A DNA stretch of 64,000 bases from Candidatus Doudnabacteria bacterium (lineage in GTDB: Bacteria; Patescibacteriota; Doudnabacteria; UBA920), in contig JACRDK010000031.1 in assembly GCA_016218585.1 (NCBI GenBank), positions 65,764 through 129,763 of the forward strand, read 5' to 3'. The notes under the pieces are model-generated. The model saw only the letters and a list, made by a program, of their open reading frames with translations, searched no databases and was not told the DNA's origin. Shown here piece after piece: positions 9,366-17,901 of the stretch. How positions within the stretch are numbered: the stretch's first letter is position 1; every line of letters begins with the position of its first letter. The position numbers and the translations under genes are program-made.

Positions 9366-9959
9366 TTAAATAATCTTTTTCAGTCGCATTGATTTTCTTC
9401 GAACTATTAGCATAATTGCAAACAGCGCATTAGCTATTACCCACGTGCCGGGGAATAACCAGGTTATTATGCTGTAGTGCGCTAATCCCAGTATGCTGAG
9501 GGCGTGCCGAAAAGTGGTAATTGTATACAACGACAATGTTTCAGAATATGGGTCAACCCAGGACTTCCTAACTGTGGGAGCAAATCCCAACATATCTATG
9601 GTTGAAAGTAAAACTATTGATAAAACCGGTTGCTTAACTACCAACCAAATTGGTATGGATATAATAGCCAAAAAAAGAAAAATAACATCAATCGCTGTTA
9701 TTTGTTTTCTTCCGCTTGGCAAAGCTTTAAAGAAAATAAAAAAAGAAATCAAAGAGACACTTAAAGTAACATAAGAACCAATTCCCCCACCTGCATTTAT
9801 TTGTAACGCAAAAATTATAGAAGTTATTATCCCCCAGATAAGCCAAGAAAAGACATGGGGCTTAGTTTTGCCTTTAAAGATATCTATAATATAAGGCGCA
9901 TAGCCTATGAATGTTAGAGCGATTGCGATTACGCTAACGATTGTTTTTATTTCCAACAT
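9366..9959 (-). CDS. hypothetical integral membrane protein (about 6 TM)
   Basis: 197-aa hydrophobic ORF, host-like GC, hairpin terminator downstream. Confidence 0.5.
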   Translation of the reverse strand: MLEIKTIVSVIAIALTFIGYAPYIIDIFKGKTKPHVFSWLIWGIITSIIFALQINAGGGIGSYVTLSVSLISFFIFFKALPSGRKQITAIDVIFLFLAIISIPIWLVVKQPVLSIVLLSTIDMLGFAPTVRKSWVDPYSETLSLYTITTFRHALSILGLAHYSIITWLFPGTWVIANALFAIMLIVRRKSMRLKKII

Positions 9960-9992
9960 ATTTTGATTATATCATTTTTTAACTCAACATTA

Positions 9993-10451
9993 TTACTCTT
10001 TTTCCGCAAGCTCTTTTAGTTTTTGCAAAGCTTCCGGCCACATTTTGTTAAATTCTTCGGCCATGCTGTCTTCCGAATCCATATCCACTGTCAGTGTTGT
10101 AATTCCGTTTTGTTCCTCAAAAGAATAATTTTCAAATGCCGGAGTCCACTTCCTGGCTGCTTCGCTGGTTGTGTCCTCCACCCCATTATTAACAATTCCC
10201 AAATGTTCTATGGACAAAAATTCATAGGGTTTATTTTCCGCTATTGTGCTTACCATACCGCCTTCTTCCCCGGTATTTGGATCTTTGCCTAAAAATAAAA
10301 TTTTAGAACCCTTGCTCCAATCCCCTTTAAAATAACCCCCGGCGGCGTTAAAAGGCAAAGTCCATTCTCTATAAGTTTTGTCTGCCAACATTACATCCCA
10401 AACTTTTTCTTTAGGCGCGTTAATTTCAATTGAAAAATGTATTTTTTTCAT
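9993..10451 (-). CDS. SRPBCC/AHSA1-like domain protein
   Basis: 152 aa; acidic C-terminus; typical size and composition. Confidence 0.5.
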   Translation of the reverse strand: MKKIHFSIEINAPKEKVWDVMLADKTYREWTLPFNAAGGYFKGDWSKGSKILFLGKDPNTGEEGGMVSTIAENKPYEFLSIEHLGIVNNGVEDTTSEAARKWTPAFENYSFEEQNGITTLTVDMDSEDSMAEEFNKMWPEALQKLKELAEKE

Positions 10452-10525
10452 ATATTTATTTTTAATTATTTTAGTTAGCTAATTATAGCATTAGTTTAAT
10501 TTGTTCCAAAAAATCCAAACAAAAG

Positions 10526-10572
10526 AAAGAAGCGCACGTCGTTGCCGGTTAGGGCGAGCGGGTGCGCTTCGG
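10526..10572. repeat. GC-rich palindromic element / terminator behind the PNP-family gene (GAAGCGCACG..TAGGGCGAGCGGGTGCGCTTCG)
   Basis: Same end motifs as 8664..8706. Confidence 0.5.
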
Positions 10573-10595
10573 GTTGTTCTGTACCACGGTTTTAC

Positions 10596-11423
10596 CTACG
10601 AATAGGCGGGAAGCGGATGTCGGGAGATGTCTGCCAAAATCGAAGGGTCCGAAGACAGTATTACCAAGGCATCCAGGGCAATCTTTGCCGCCCTCTCTTC
10701 GCCTTCCACGCCCCACTCGTTGCTGTGGCGGTTGGCGAACACGGCGTTGATGGCACCGCACGGCAGACCACGACCCTTGGCCATGCACCAGACGAACAGA
10801 CTGGCCGCTTCCATGGAGTAGCAGGCGGCACCGAGATCCATCACTTCCTGATGGCGCTTCAGCATCCGCTCGGAAAGTGTGCCCCAGATGTCGGGACGGC
10901 CCTGCCCGTCATAGAAGCAGTCGGTGGTGCACTCCGGGCCGAGATGAAAGTCGGACGGGCACTCCTTCTCCGCGGCGGCAGTCAGCGCTGAGACCACCCG
11001 CCAGTCGGCCACAGCCGGGAATTCCGGCGGAGCCCAGTTGTTGGAGGCGCCGTCGTAACGAATGGCGCAGGTGGGGATGATTACATCGCCGATGTGCGAC
11101 TCCTCGATGAGTGAGCCACAGGAACCGACGCGGATAAACAGCCGGGCGCCGCTGCGGACGGCTTCGGGAAGAACGATGCCAGTTGAGGCTCCGCCCATGC
11201 CGGAAGTCGTGACCGAAACTCGGGTGTTGCCATAGTAACCGGTATGCGAAACGAGGCCGCGATGATCGTTGGAAAAGCGTTTGGACTTCGTCAAAAACTT
11301 TTCCGCAATCATGTCAGCCCGTCCAGACGCACCGACGATCAGGCAGAAGTAGGACAGATCGCCGTCGGAAGTGTGGGTATGGTACTGCTCATAGTGAGCA
11401 GTCCGTGGTTGATCTGCTTTCAT
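10596..11423 (-). CDS. purine/uridine nucleoside phosphorylase family protein (DeoD-like); high-GC foreign gene
   Basis: Motifs SGMGGAST (phosphate loop), FIRVGSCGS (cf DeoD IIRVGSCGA), MEAAS; start moved to the internal ATG at 11423 with AAGAGGAG SD, because the longer track ORF runs into low-GC host DNA. Confidence 0.65.
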   Translation of the reverse strand: MKADQPRTAHYEQYHTHTSDGDLSYFCLIVGASGRADMIAEKFLTKSKRFSNDHRGLVSHTGYYGNTRVSVTTSGMGGASTGIVLPEAVRSGARLFIRVGSCGSLIEESHIGDVIIPTCAIRYDGASNNWAPPEFPAVADWRVVSALTAAAEKECPSDFHLGPECTTDCFYDGQGRPDIWGTLSERMLKRHQEVMDLGAACYSMEAASLFVWCMAKGRGLPCGAINAVFANRHSNEWGVEGEERAAKIALDALVILSSDPSILADISRHPLPAYS

Positions 11424-11496
11424 AACCGTAGCAAACTCCTCTTTTTGATTTGGTCCCAAGGGTAAGATTCCCAAAAGACCCTTTAGTCTAGCAAAA

Positions 11497-11650
11497 AAAC
11501 CTAAGGAAGTCCAGACCGGGAGCTGTCCCGATATAAAATAGGGTTGCGATAAATTCAATTGTAATTTCAACAAACCCAAACAATAACAAAAAGCCCCATC
11601 ATAAAGATAAGGCTTTTTGTATGGCTCCAGTTAGTGAACGTACTGAGAAC
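11497..11650. repeat. intergenic repeat family copy (A-run plus hairpin terminator module)
   Basis: About 80% identical to 13895..14045; 3' half matches 16178..16255 in inverted orientation. Confidence 0.75.
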
Positions 11651-11702
11651 TGTTGATTGGAAGGAATTGGAGCAATATTAAGATTATTGCTGGTATTTGC
11701 TG

Positions 11703-13013
11703 TTAGTAGTCATTTACTTTAATTTCTTCTTCGCCATAAACCCTATGACCAATTATTTTTCCGCCGCGTCGTTCAATCAGTTTATACATTGAGCTACTAA
11801 GTTCTCGTCCTGTTCTTTTATCAATCAAATGTTCGTAACCGGCAATATCTTGGCCAATAAGAAGGTCGTCGCGCAAAATTAACGATTTATAGGAAGATGA
11901 CAATTCTTGGCCAGTATTACGGTCTAATAAACGCTGGTAGCCGGCCATTTCGTTGGCAACAGGGAGATTACCCATAATGTTGATTTGCTTATAAGACCTT
12001 GAAAGGTCACGGCCGGTATTTGTGTCTAGAAGTCTTTGATAACCGCTAATGTCGGTTGCAATTACAAAATCGCCAATAATATCAATTTTTTTATAAGAAC
12101 TAGAAAGCTCTCTGCCAGTATTTCCATCAATTAGTCTTTGATAACCGACAATTCCTGTGCCTACATAATAACGGCCGTACTGCTGAATATCCTTGTAAGA
12201 AGAACCTACCGAAGAGCCGCGTTCGTCTACCAAACTGACGAACGAGCCGGTTCGTCTTATTGTAAAATGGCCTTGTTGTGGACTCTGTTCTTCGCGCCGT
12301 GCAGAATAGCTTTCCGAACTTTGTGGCTCTTGATGCGTGGTACTTTCTCTAAAAGAAGAACTAAACGCGCGGGAACTGGAACTTGTGCCGCCGGTAGCCT
12401 CGTCCATTCTTCGCTTGGCGTATTCTGAAAAGTTATCAATCTTTGCCTTATTGCGTATTGGGTCTTTGAATAAGTCTTCCAACTCTTGTTTGAGCTGTCG
12501 AGATACTTCGTCCAAAGCGTCCTTTTTGCGTTTAAATTCTTCGCTGCCTGTGTGTCGCTGTTGGTAGCCCGTCCTTGCTCTCGCTTTCTTTAGCTCTTCG
12601 TAAAAATCAAAACCTTTACCAAACCCAGTATCTTTAAAAAAGTCCTCATCAAAACCAAAATCTGAACCGAAGTCCGATTTCGGCCTTTTATGGGACTGTT
12701 CTTGTCTAGGCGGTTGTTGCGTTCGGTGTGTGTCTTGTCTGGGTGGTGTTTCAGCCCCTGAAGCACTAAAACCCAAATCGTAAGTTCTACGCTTTTTTGG
12801 GTCACTTAAAACCTGATAAGCCTCATTAACATCCTTAAATAGTTCTTCTTTCCCTTTGTTAGCAGGTATGTCTGGATGGGTTTCCCGCGCTAGTTTTCTA
12901 AATGCTAATCTTATTTCATCGTTAGTTGCAGCAGGACTAACCCTCAAAACTTCATAGTAGCTTCTTTTGCGATTATATTCTTCTCCGCCTCCAAAACCTT
13001 TTTCTCTTGGCAT
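11703..13013 (-). CDS. J-domain (DnaJ-like) protein with C-terminal tandem 34-aa KWG-like repeats
   Basis: HPD motif (ETHPDIP), YQVLSD..KKRR J-domain; four repeats of [18 protein letters not shown].. Confidence 0.6.
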   Translation of the reverse strand: MPREKGFGGGEEYNRKRSYYEVLRVSPAATNDEIRLAFRKLARETHPDIPANKGKEELFKDVNEAYQVLSDPKKRRTYDLGFSASGAETPPRQDTHRTQQPPRQEQSHKRPKSDFGSDFGFDEDFFKDTGFGKGFDFYEELKKARARTGYQQRHTGSEEFKRKKDALDEVSRQLKQELEDLFKDPIRNKAKIDNFSEYAKRRMDEATGGTSSSSRAFSSSFRESTTHQEPQSSESYSARREEQSPQQGHFTIRRTGSFVSLVDERGSSVGSSYKDIQQYGRYYVGTGIVGYQRLIDGNTGRELSSSYKKIDIIGDFVIATDISGYQRLLDTNTGRDLSRSYKQINIMGNLPVANEMAGYQRLLDRNTGQELSSSYKSLILRDDLLIGQDIAGYEHLIDKRTGRELSSSMYKLIERRGGKIIGHRVYGEEEIKVNDY

Positions 13014-13139
13014 AGGTATGTAGTCAACAATTATTTATTTTATTATAACATTTTTTTCCAAGCCTTACTTCATATACAAAGGCCATCTTTGTATGGGGGT
13101 CTTTGTACTTTTTGTTATGACTCACCTTTGTGGAAAGGA

Positions 13140-13865
13140 TTAAGGGTTATTAAATTTTGGTTCATATACCTTTTTAAACTCTTCGAGAGCTTCTGCCAAA
13201 TCTGATTTTAAGAGATTTATTGCTTCCTGCTGGGTTCCATCTTTAATACCAACACCAACCACCCATTTAAAGTCACCACCGGCTTTAAGCCGCAAGTGCT
13301 TATCGGGATTTAACAAAACAGCTCCAAATCCATGACTTGTTAACTCTTGAATGATTACTGAGTTTAATTGTTCGTCTTGTTCATCGTTATTTCTATTTGT
13401 AAATTTAACCACTCCTTTTTTTACTAATATTCTGTTTAGTTCTGACACAATTAGCTCAGGTGCCAGTGAGTGGGTCATCGCTCCAAAGACACTTATGGCC
13501 CCTTGGACTGAATTTGACTCAATTTTCATTTTTTCTGCCGATGATTTTATAAAATGTCCCGGCGCAAAATTTGTTTGATGTTCTGGAAAATTTGTTAAAC
13601 CAAGACCATAAAAATCTATACCCGAGTAATTGCCGTTATTTCTAAACCCTCTGATTGCCTCACCTTTGCCTGTTCCTAAGTCTAAAATTTTTGGCTTTGG
13701 CGAAAGAGAAGACGCGTATTTAAAAAATTGGTTTAAACCAAAAATTAAACACTCATACTCTGCGGCATCTCTAGATAATTCATAGTCAGGCGTTGGGTTG
13801 CGGTCTTGCTTTATTGCTCCCCTTAGACTATTAAAAGCGAATTTTGATAATTCAGATTCGTTCAT
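13140..13865 (-). CDS. class I SAM-dependent methyltransferase
   Basis: Motif I ILDLGTGKGEA. Confidence 0.6.
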   Translation of the reverse strand: MNESELSKFAFNSLRGAIKQDRNPTPDYELSRDAAEYECLIFGLNQFFKYASSLSPKPKILDLGTGKGEAIRGFRNNGNYSGIDFYGLGLTNFPEHQTNFAPGHFIKSSAEKMKIESNSVQGAISVFGAMTHSLAPELIVSELNRILVKKGVVKFTNRNNDEQDEQLNSVIIQELTSHGFGAVLLNPDKHLRLKAGGDFKWVVGVGIKDGTQQEAINLLKSDLAEALEEFKKVYEPKFNNP

Positions 13866-13894
13866 AGTTTAATTATACCATTTTAGTTTCGATC

Positions 13895-14045
13895 GCCCCA
13901 GACAGGCCGGGAGCTGAGCCCAATATTAAATCGGGATGTACCAGATTCAATCGTAATCTCAACAAACCCAAAAAATAACAAAAACCCCCATCATAAAGAT
14001 GAGACTTTTTGTATGGCTCCAGGTAGCAAATGATGTCAGAACTAA
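13895..14045. repeat. intergenic repeat family copy
   Basis: See 11497..11650. Confidence 0.75.
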
Positions 14046-14092
14046 GATTATGGAGAATAAAGAGCATCATTATATACCTGATTTGAAACTTG

Positions 14093-14836
14093 CTATGTAA
14101 ATATCTTTTCCATGACCTGTGCTACCCCTTCATTATTTTCATTTTCAGCTATTAAGTCAGCTTTGGCTTTCAAGTCATCTGTCGCATTACTCATGGCCAC
14201 TTTATAGCCTACACTTTCAAAAATAGGAAGATCATTGTTTCCATCACCAAAACCAACAACTTCTTCTCTTTTTAGATTAAGTAACTCCAGCCATAATTCT
14301 AAGGCGTGTTTTTTTGTAGCTTCTTTATGTACAATATGAATGTCAAAATGCTTTGGTGTCCAGGATGGAACAGGATGGGCTGCAATACCTGTAATCTTAT
14401 TTAGTGCACTCAAAAGGTTTTGGGCGCCGTCCTTACTTACAGTCATTATATAAATAATAGTTTCTGGGCTTTTCACAAGCCTTGCCTTTGCGAGTGAAGA
14501 TTCAGTTTCATTGCTAAAGTATAGCTGGTACTCAAAGGGCGTTGCAATATCAATTATTCCTCTCACCTGTTCAATTGAAAGCTGTTTCTCCCAAATAATT
14601 TTTTCGGTTAAGGGATCTATGATTTGTGTTCCGCCTGATATTATACAAGGACTTGTCAATTTGAGGGTTTTTAGTATATGCCTACAATTTGAAATTGGCC
14701 TACCTGTAGCTGCGGCAACTATTATTCGGTCTTTAATTTTATTAACTGCAGATATAAGCCGTGCCGAAGGCATGCCATCCTCTCTATTAAGAATGGCGGT
14801 TCCGTCTAAATCAAAAATTGCAGCTTTATATTCCAT
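14093..14836 (-). CDS. Cof-type HAD-IIB hydrolase (sugar phosphatase family)
   Basis: AIFDLDGT motif I, GDGNND motif. Confidence 0.7.
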   Translation of the reverse strand: MEYKAAIFDLDGTAILNREDGMPSARLISAVNKIKDRIIVAAATGRPISNCRHILKTLKLTSPCIISGGTQIIDPLTEKIIWEKQLSIEQVRGIIDIATPFEYQLYFSNETESSLAKARLVKSPETIIYIMTVSKDGAQNLLSALNKITGIAAHPVPSWTPKHFDIHIVHKEATKKHALELWLELLNLKREEVVGFGDGNNDLPIFESVGYKVAMSNATDDLKAKADLIAENENNEGVAQVMEKIFT

Positions 14837-14837
14837 A

Positions 14838-15182
14838 TTATTGTTTTTCTATGTACCTTACATGGACTTCGTTTTCTGGTTTCCATGCAGGAGCGGTTAC
14901 AAGCACCATTTTCATTCTGCCCAGATAATAAATTTTTGTCATTGGGGGTGCAACAATAACGTCAGTGGCTTTTACTGGGGTTGACTCTCCATTCAAATAG
15001 AATGTACCCTCACCCTCAATAATGTAGTAAATAAAAGTACTTTCTTTATCGTAAAATTCTTGAAAATGGCCTTCTTCTACCTCAACGTAGACCATTCCTG
15101 CTTCTTCACGATTAACTTGGTAAACCCATAAGTTAATGCCGTGCTTGGATTTGGGGACTGCTTCTGCTCTTGTTAATTTCAT
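14838..15182 (-). CDS. cupin-domain protein
   Basis: 114-aa beta-rich ORF coupled to the HAD gene. Confidence 0.45.
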   Translation of the reverse strand: MKLTRAEAVPKSKHGINLWVYQVNREEAGMVYVEVEEGHFQEFYDKESTFIYYIIEGEGTFYLNGESTPVKATDVIVAPPMTKIYYLGRMKMVLVTAPAWKPENEVHVRYIEKQ

Positions 15183-15367
15183 ATAATTTCATTAGTTTAT
15201 CTTAATTTCTTCATTTTGACCAACAAATTTATACTCATTGTCTAAAGGAACAAAAAAGGTGTCAGGAGCCTTTTTAATTTTTGAGTTATTTCACTTTTAG
15301 TCTATACCTAACCTAAAGGGTTGTAAATATGAGAAGCTTTATAAGTTTTGCCCAAATTATCCAAGTC

Positions 15368-15396
15368 TTGCCAGTTTGAGGAAATTTTGTTAAAAT
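15368..15396 (+). promoter_or_regulatory. sigma70-like promoter (TTGCCA-17-TAAAAT)
   Basis: Consensus-like -35/-10 with 17-nt spacer, upstream of the structured leader and the GIY-YIG gene. Confidence 0.3.
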
Positions 15397-15538
15397 ATGC
15401 AAAGGTGATTAAAAGTCATCTATATATAGACAACGTTCGGGAGTAGCTCTCCGCCAAAGGCGGACTAAAGAGCGGTTAAGCAATCCCAACAGTAAAGTGG
15501 TCCGCCTCTGGCGGAGGCTGTAACTTATTACAAAATGT

Positions 15539-15784
15539 ATGTTTTACATCTATGTTTTAAGAAGCAGTAAAAACAATAAACGATACGTTGGTTCGACATC
15601 AAAGTCGCCCGAAAAGCGAACCAGCGAACACAATAATGGTATTAATAGTTTTACCAGGCACAACAAGCCATGGAACCTAATATACCAAGAATCATTTACG
15701 ACAAAAAGCGAGGCTTTAAAAAGGGAAAACTTTTTGAAGTCTGGTCAAGGCCGTAAATGGCTTGATGAAAATATTCGGGAGTAG
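15539..15784 (+). CDS. small GIY-YIG nuclease-domain protein
   Basis: FYIYVLRS..RYVGST motif; stop codon overlaps the first 10 nt of the tRNA. Confidence 0.6.
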   Translation: MFYIYVLRSSKNNKRYVGSTSKSPEKRTSEHNNGINSFTRHNKPWNLIYQESFTTKSEALKRENFLKSGQGRKWLDENIRE

Positions 15785-16177
15785 CTCAGCGGTAGAGCAA
15801 TCGGCTGTAGACACAGGTCTCAAAAGACCAAATTAGCAGCCTTCTCAAGTAATTGAGAAGTGAATAACGAGGTGAATTGTCCCGATGACAAGTCGGGATT
15901 CCGAAATCGCTTGAAATATTAGCGGAGTCGGAACTGGAAACCTAAATTCGTAAATTACGAATATGGCAATCAGCAGCCAAGCCCAGTTCTTTTAAAAAAA
16001 GATCTGGGAAGGTTCAGAGACTATCTCGAAAGAGAGTAGGCCTTAATAAGTTAAGGTCGAAGCCCCTCGTCCCGTACTCTTTTTATAGAGCGGGAATGAT
16101 ATAGTCCACTCCTAATAGAAATATTGGGGTTACGTGTAACCGATGGGTCCTGGGTTCGAATCCCAGCTCCCGAGCCA
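15775..16177 (+). tRNA. tRNA-Asn(GUU) interrupted by a group I intron in the anticodon loop (exons 15775..15808 and 16137..16177, CCA encoded)
   Basis: Acceptor stem TCGGGAG/CTCCCGA, D-arm GCTC-AGCGGTA-GAGC, anticodon stem ATCGG/CCGAT, T-arm CTGGG-TTCGAAT-CCCAG, G73, CCA. The spliced anticodon loop is CUGUUAA, and U1-A72/G73 match bacterial tRNA-Asn. Confidence 0.7.
15809..16136 (+). other. group I self-splicing intron (tRNA-type, IC3-like)
   Basis: Conserved Q-like AATCAGCAGCC (15969), R-like GGTTCAGAGACTATC (16011), S-like AATGATATAGTCC (16095); P7 GACTA/TAGTC. Internal guide GCAGCC (15836) pairs with exon end GGCUGU including a U-G wobble; UUA just 5' of it can pair with 3' exon UAA (P10); terminal G at 16136. 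Confidence 0.75.
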
Positions 16178-16255
16178 TAACAAAAAGTCTCATCTTTATG
16201 ATGGGGCTTTTTGTTATTCTTTGGGTTTGCTGAAATTACGATTGAGTCTGACACA
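16178..16255. repeat. intergenic repeat family copy (3' half, inverted); serves as terminator right after the tRNA
   Basis: Reverse complement matches ATTCAATCGTAAT.TCAACAAACCCAAA.AATAACAAAAAGCCCCATCATAAAGATGAGACTTTTTGT. Confidence 0.7.
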
Positions 16256-16335
16256 TCACAATCTTTTTTAAGTAGAACCTAGGACCTGTTTGGTGCTATA
16301 ATTAAAATCAGAATCATTATTTAGAAAAAAATTTA

Positions 16336-16764
16336 ATGTTACCCGACGAAAATTCGCAGCGGTTTATTGCTGTATTAAACAAAAAGATTGAAATAGGAAA
16401 GTTAATGAACGCCCTTGGCCATATGACAGCTGGCCTGGCTGGCGGTTTTGGCAAAGGCCAGGAAATGCGCTTTTTGGAATATAAAGACAAAGACGGCGGT
16501 GTCCACCCGCATATTTCCCATTTTCCTTTTATAATCTTAAAGGCGGATAATTCGAATCAAATTAGAAAAGTCAGAAACGAAGCAATAACCAGAAATATAA
16601 TGTTTACGGATTTTACCAGTACAATGACCGTTGGAACTTCGGCAGACCAAGTGGAACGAACAAAAAACACCCCCGAAGCAGAGTTGGAGTATTACGGAAT
16701 TTGTTTATTTGGTTCAACCCAAGAGCTGCGTGAGTTTACTGGTAAATTTTCTTTATTTCAATAA
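16336..16764 (+). CDS. DUF2000-like hypothetical protein
   Basis: 142-aa ORF. Confidence 0.4.
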   Translation: MLPDENSQRFIAVLNKKIEIGKLMNALGHMTAGLAGGFGKGQEMRFLEYKDKDGGVHPHISHFPFIILKADNSNQIRKVRNEAITRNIMFTDFTSTMTVGTSADQVERTKNTPEAELEYYGICLFGSTQELREFTGKFSLFQ

Positions 16765-16774
16765 TTTTAAACTT

Positions 16775-16990
16775 ATGGAAATAGAGCCGGGAATCTATTT
16801 ACATTTCAAAGGTAATAAATACAAGGTTATTGGAATGGTTAAACATTCCGAAACAAATGAAGACTTGGTTTTGTATGAAGCATTATATGAAAATCCTACC
16901 TCAAAATTTTGGGTAAGACCGGCTAATATGTTTTTAGAAGAAGTCCTGGTAAATGGCGAGAAGACTCTCAGGTTTAAAAAACTGCTATAA
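16775..16990 (+). CDS. DUF1653-like small protein
   Basis: Internal ATG MEIEPGIYLHFKGNKYKV; typical 70-aa family size. Confidence 0.45.
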   Translation: MEIEPGIYLHFKGNKYKVIGMVKHSETNEDLVLYEALYENPTSKFWVRPANMFLEEVLVNGEKTLRFKKLL

Positions 16991-17019
16991 TTAAGCTATT
17001 AAAAATATAAACAAAATTT

Positions 17020-17295
17020 ATGACTAAAATAATACTTGGCATTACTCAACCAATTGCAACTGCGCTGATATTAGAACTGCTAATTCTATACACTCCCCTA
17101 AAAAACGTCATCCCACCCAAAAGTTTCCTGTTTTTCTTTATAATAAATTTTGCCGTTTTGTTTGCGATTCAATATTTTCTGCATATTAACTATGAATGGT
17201 ATTGGTGGGCAATTATTAACCCATTTATATACTTTGTATCTATATTTATAATTCCTTTGTTCCTTTTTATGGTTCTGGGAATGACTCAAGGATAA
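17020..17295 (+). CDS. small hydrophobic membrane protein
   Basis: 91 aa, three hydrophobic segments. Confidence 0.35.
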   Translation: MTKIILGITQPIATALILELLILYTPLKNVIPPKSFLFFFIINFAVLFAIQYFLHINYEWYWWAIINPFIYFVSIFIIPLFLFMVLGMTQG

Positions 17296-17407
17296 ACAAA
17301 TTAAGCAGCGGGACCCTTATTGGCCATATAAAACACCAACTTTTGTTGGTGTTTTATATTTATTTAGATGCTATAATATTAAAACTAATTAATAAAATTT
17401 AAATACT

Positions 17408-17830
17408 ATGACAATAAATCCTTGGGTTAATTTTAACGGCAATGCCGAAGAAGCTTTTACTTTTTACAAGTCTGTCTTTGGCGGAGACTTTGCCAAAGTC
17501 GTGCGTTTTAAAGACCTTGCAAGCCCCGAATATCCCGTGGCGGAAAAAGATCAAAATAAAATAATGTTAATTACTTTGCCAATTGGCAAAAGTAATACGC
17601 TAATGGCCAATGACGTTCCGGAAATTATGGGACAAGTAAATGAAAATGAAAACAGAAGCAAAATTGCCATAGCCGCGGACAGCAAAGAAGAAGCGGAAAA
17701 ATTATTTAACGGCCTTTCCGCCGGCGGACAAATAGAAGTACCAATGAGCGACGGTCCCTGGGGCTCGTATTTTGGCATGCTTCGGGACAAATACGGCATT
17801 GAATGGATAATTGAATTTTACTCCAAATAA
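17408..17830 (+). CDS. VOC/glyoxalase-fold protein (PhnB-like)
   Basis: N-terminal MTINPWVNFNGNAEEAFTFYKSVFGG signature. Confidence 0.6.
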   Translation: MTINPWVNFNGNAEEAFTFYKSVFGGDFAKVVRFKDLASPEYPVAEKDQNKIMLITLPIGKSNTLMANDVPEIMGQVNENENRSKIAIAADSKEEAEKLFNGLSAGGQIEVPMSDGPWGSYFGMLRDKYGIEWIIEFYSK

Positions 17831-17845
17831 TATCTTTATTGTACA

Positions 17846-17880
17846 AAGCCCCGGAACTCGTTTGAGTCCCGGGGCCTTTG
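17846..17880. terminator. bidirectional terminator hairpin (GCCCCGGAACTC..GAGTCCCGGGGC)
   Basis: 12-bp stem between convergent genes. Confidence 0.55.
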
Positions 17881-17901
17881 CGATTTTTGAGGAGCCGTTA
17901 T

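Noticed and set aside
10542-10991. 149-aa plus-strand ORF, with others at 10562..10750 and 10877..11080
   Set aside because: Antisense or GC-driven shadow ORFs within the nucleoside phosphorylase gene; Arg/Pro-rich low-complexity translations.
14511-14984. 157-aa plus ORF
   Set aside because: Antisense to the Cof-type HAD and cupin genes, which have clear motifs.
15809-16136. Possibility that the tRNA interruption is a mobile-element insertion or pseudogene rather than an intron
   Set aside because: Group I core elements (P7 R/S pairing, Q-like element, guide sequence pairing with a U-G wobble at the splice site, terminal G, P10 potential) are all present. The exons reconstitute a canonical tRNA, which supports a functional intron.
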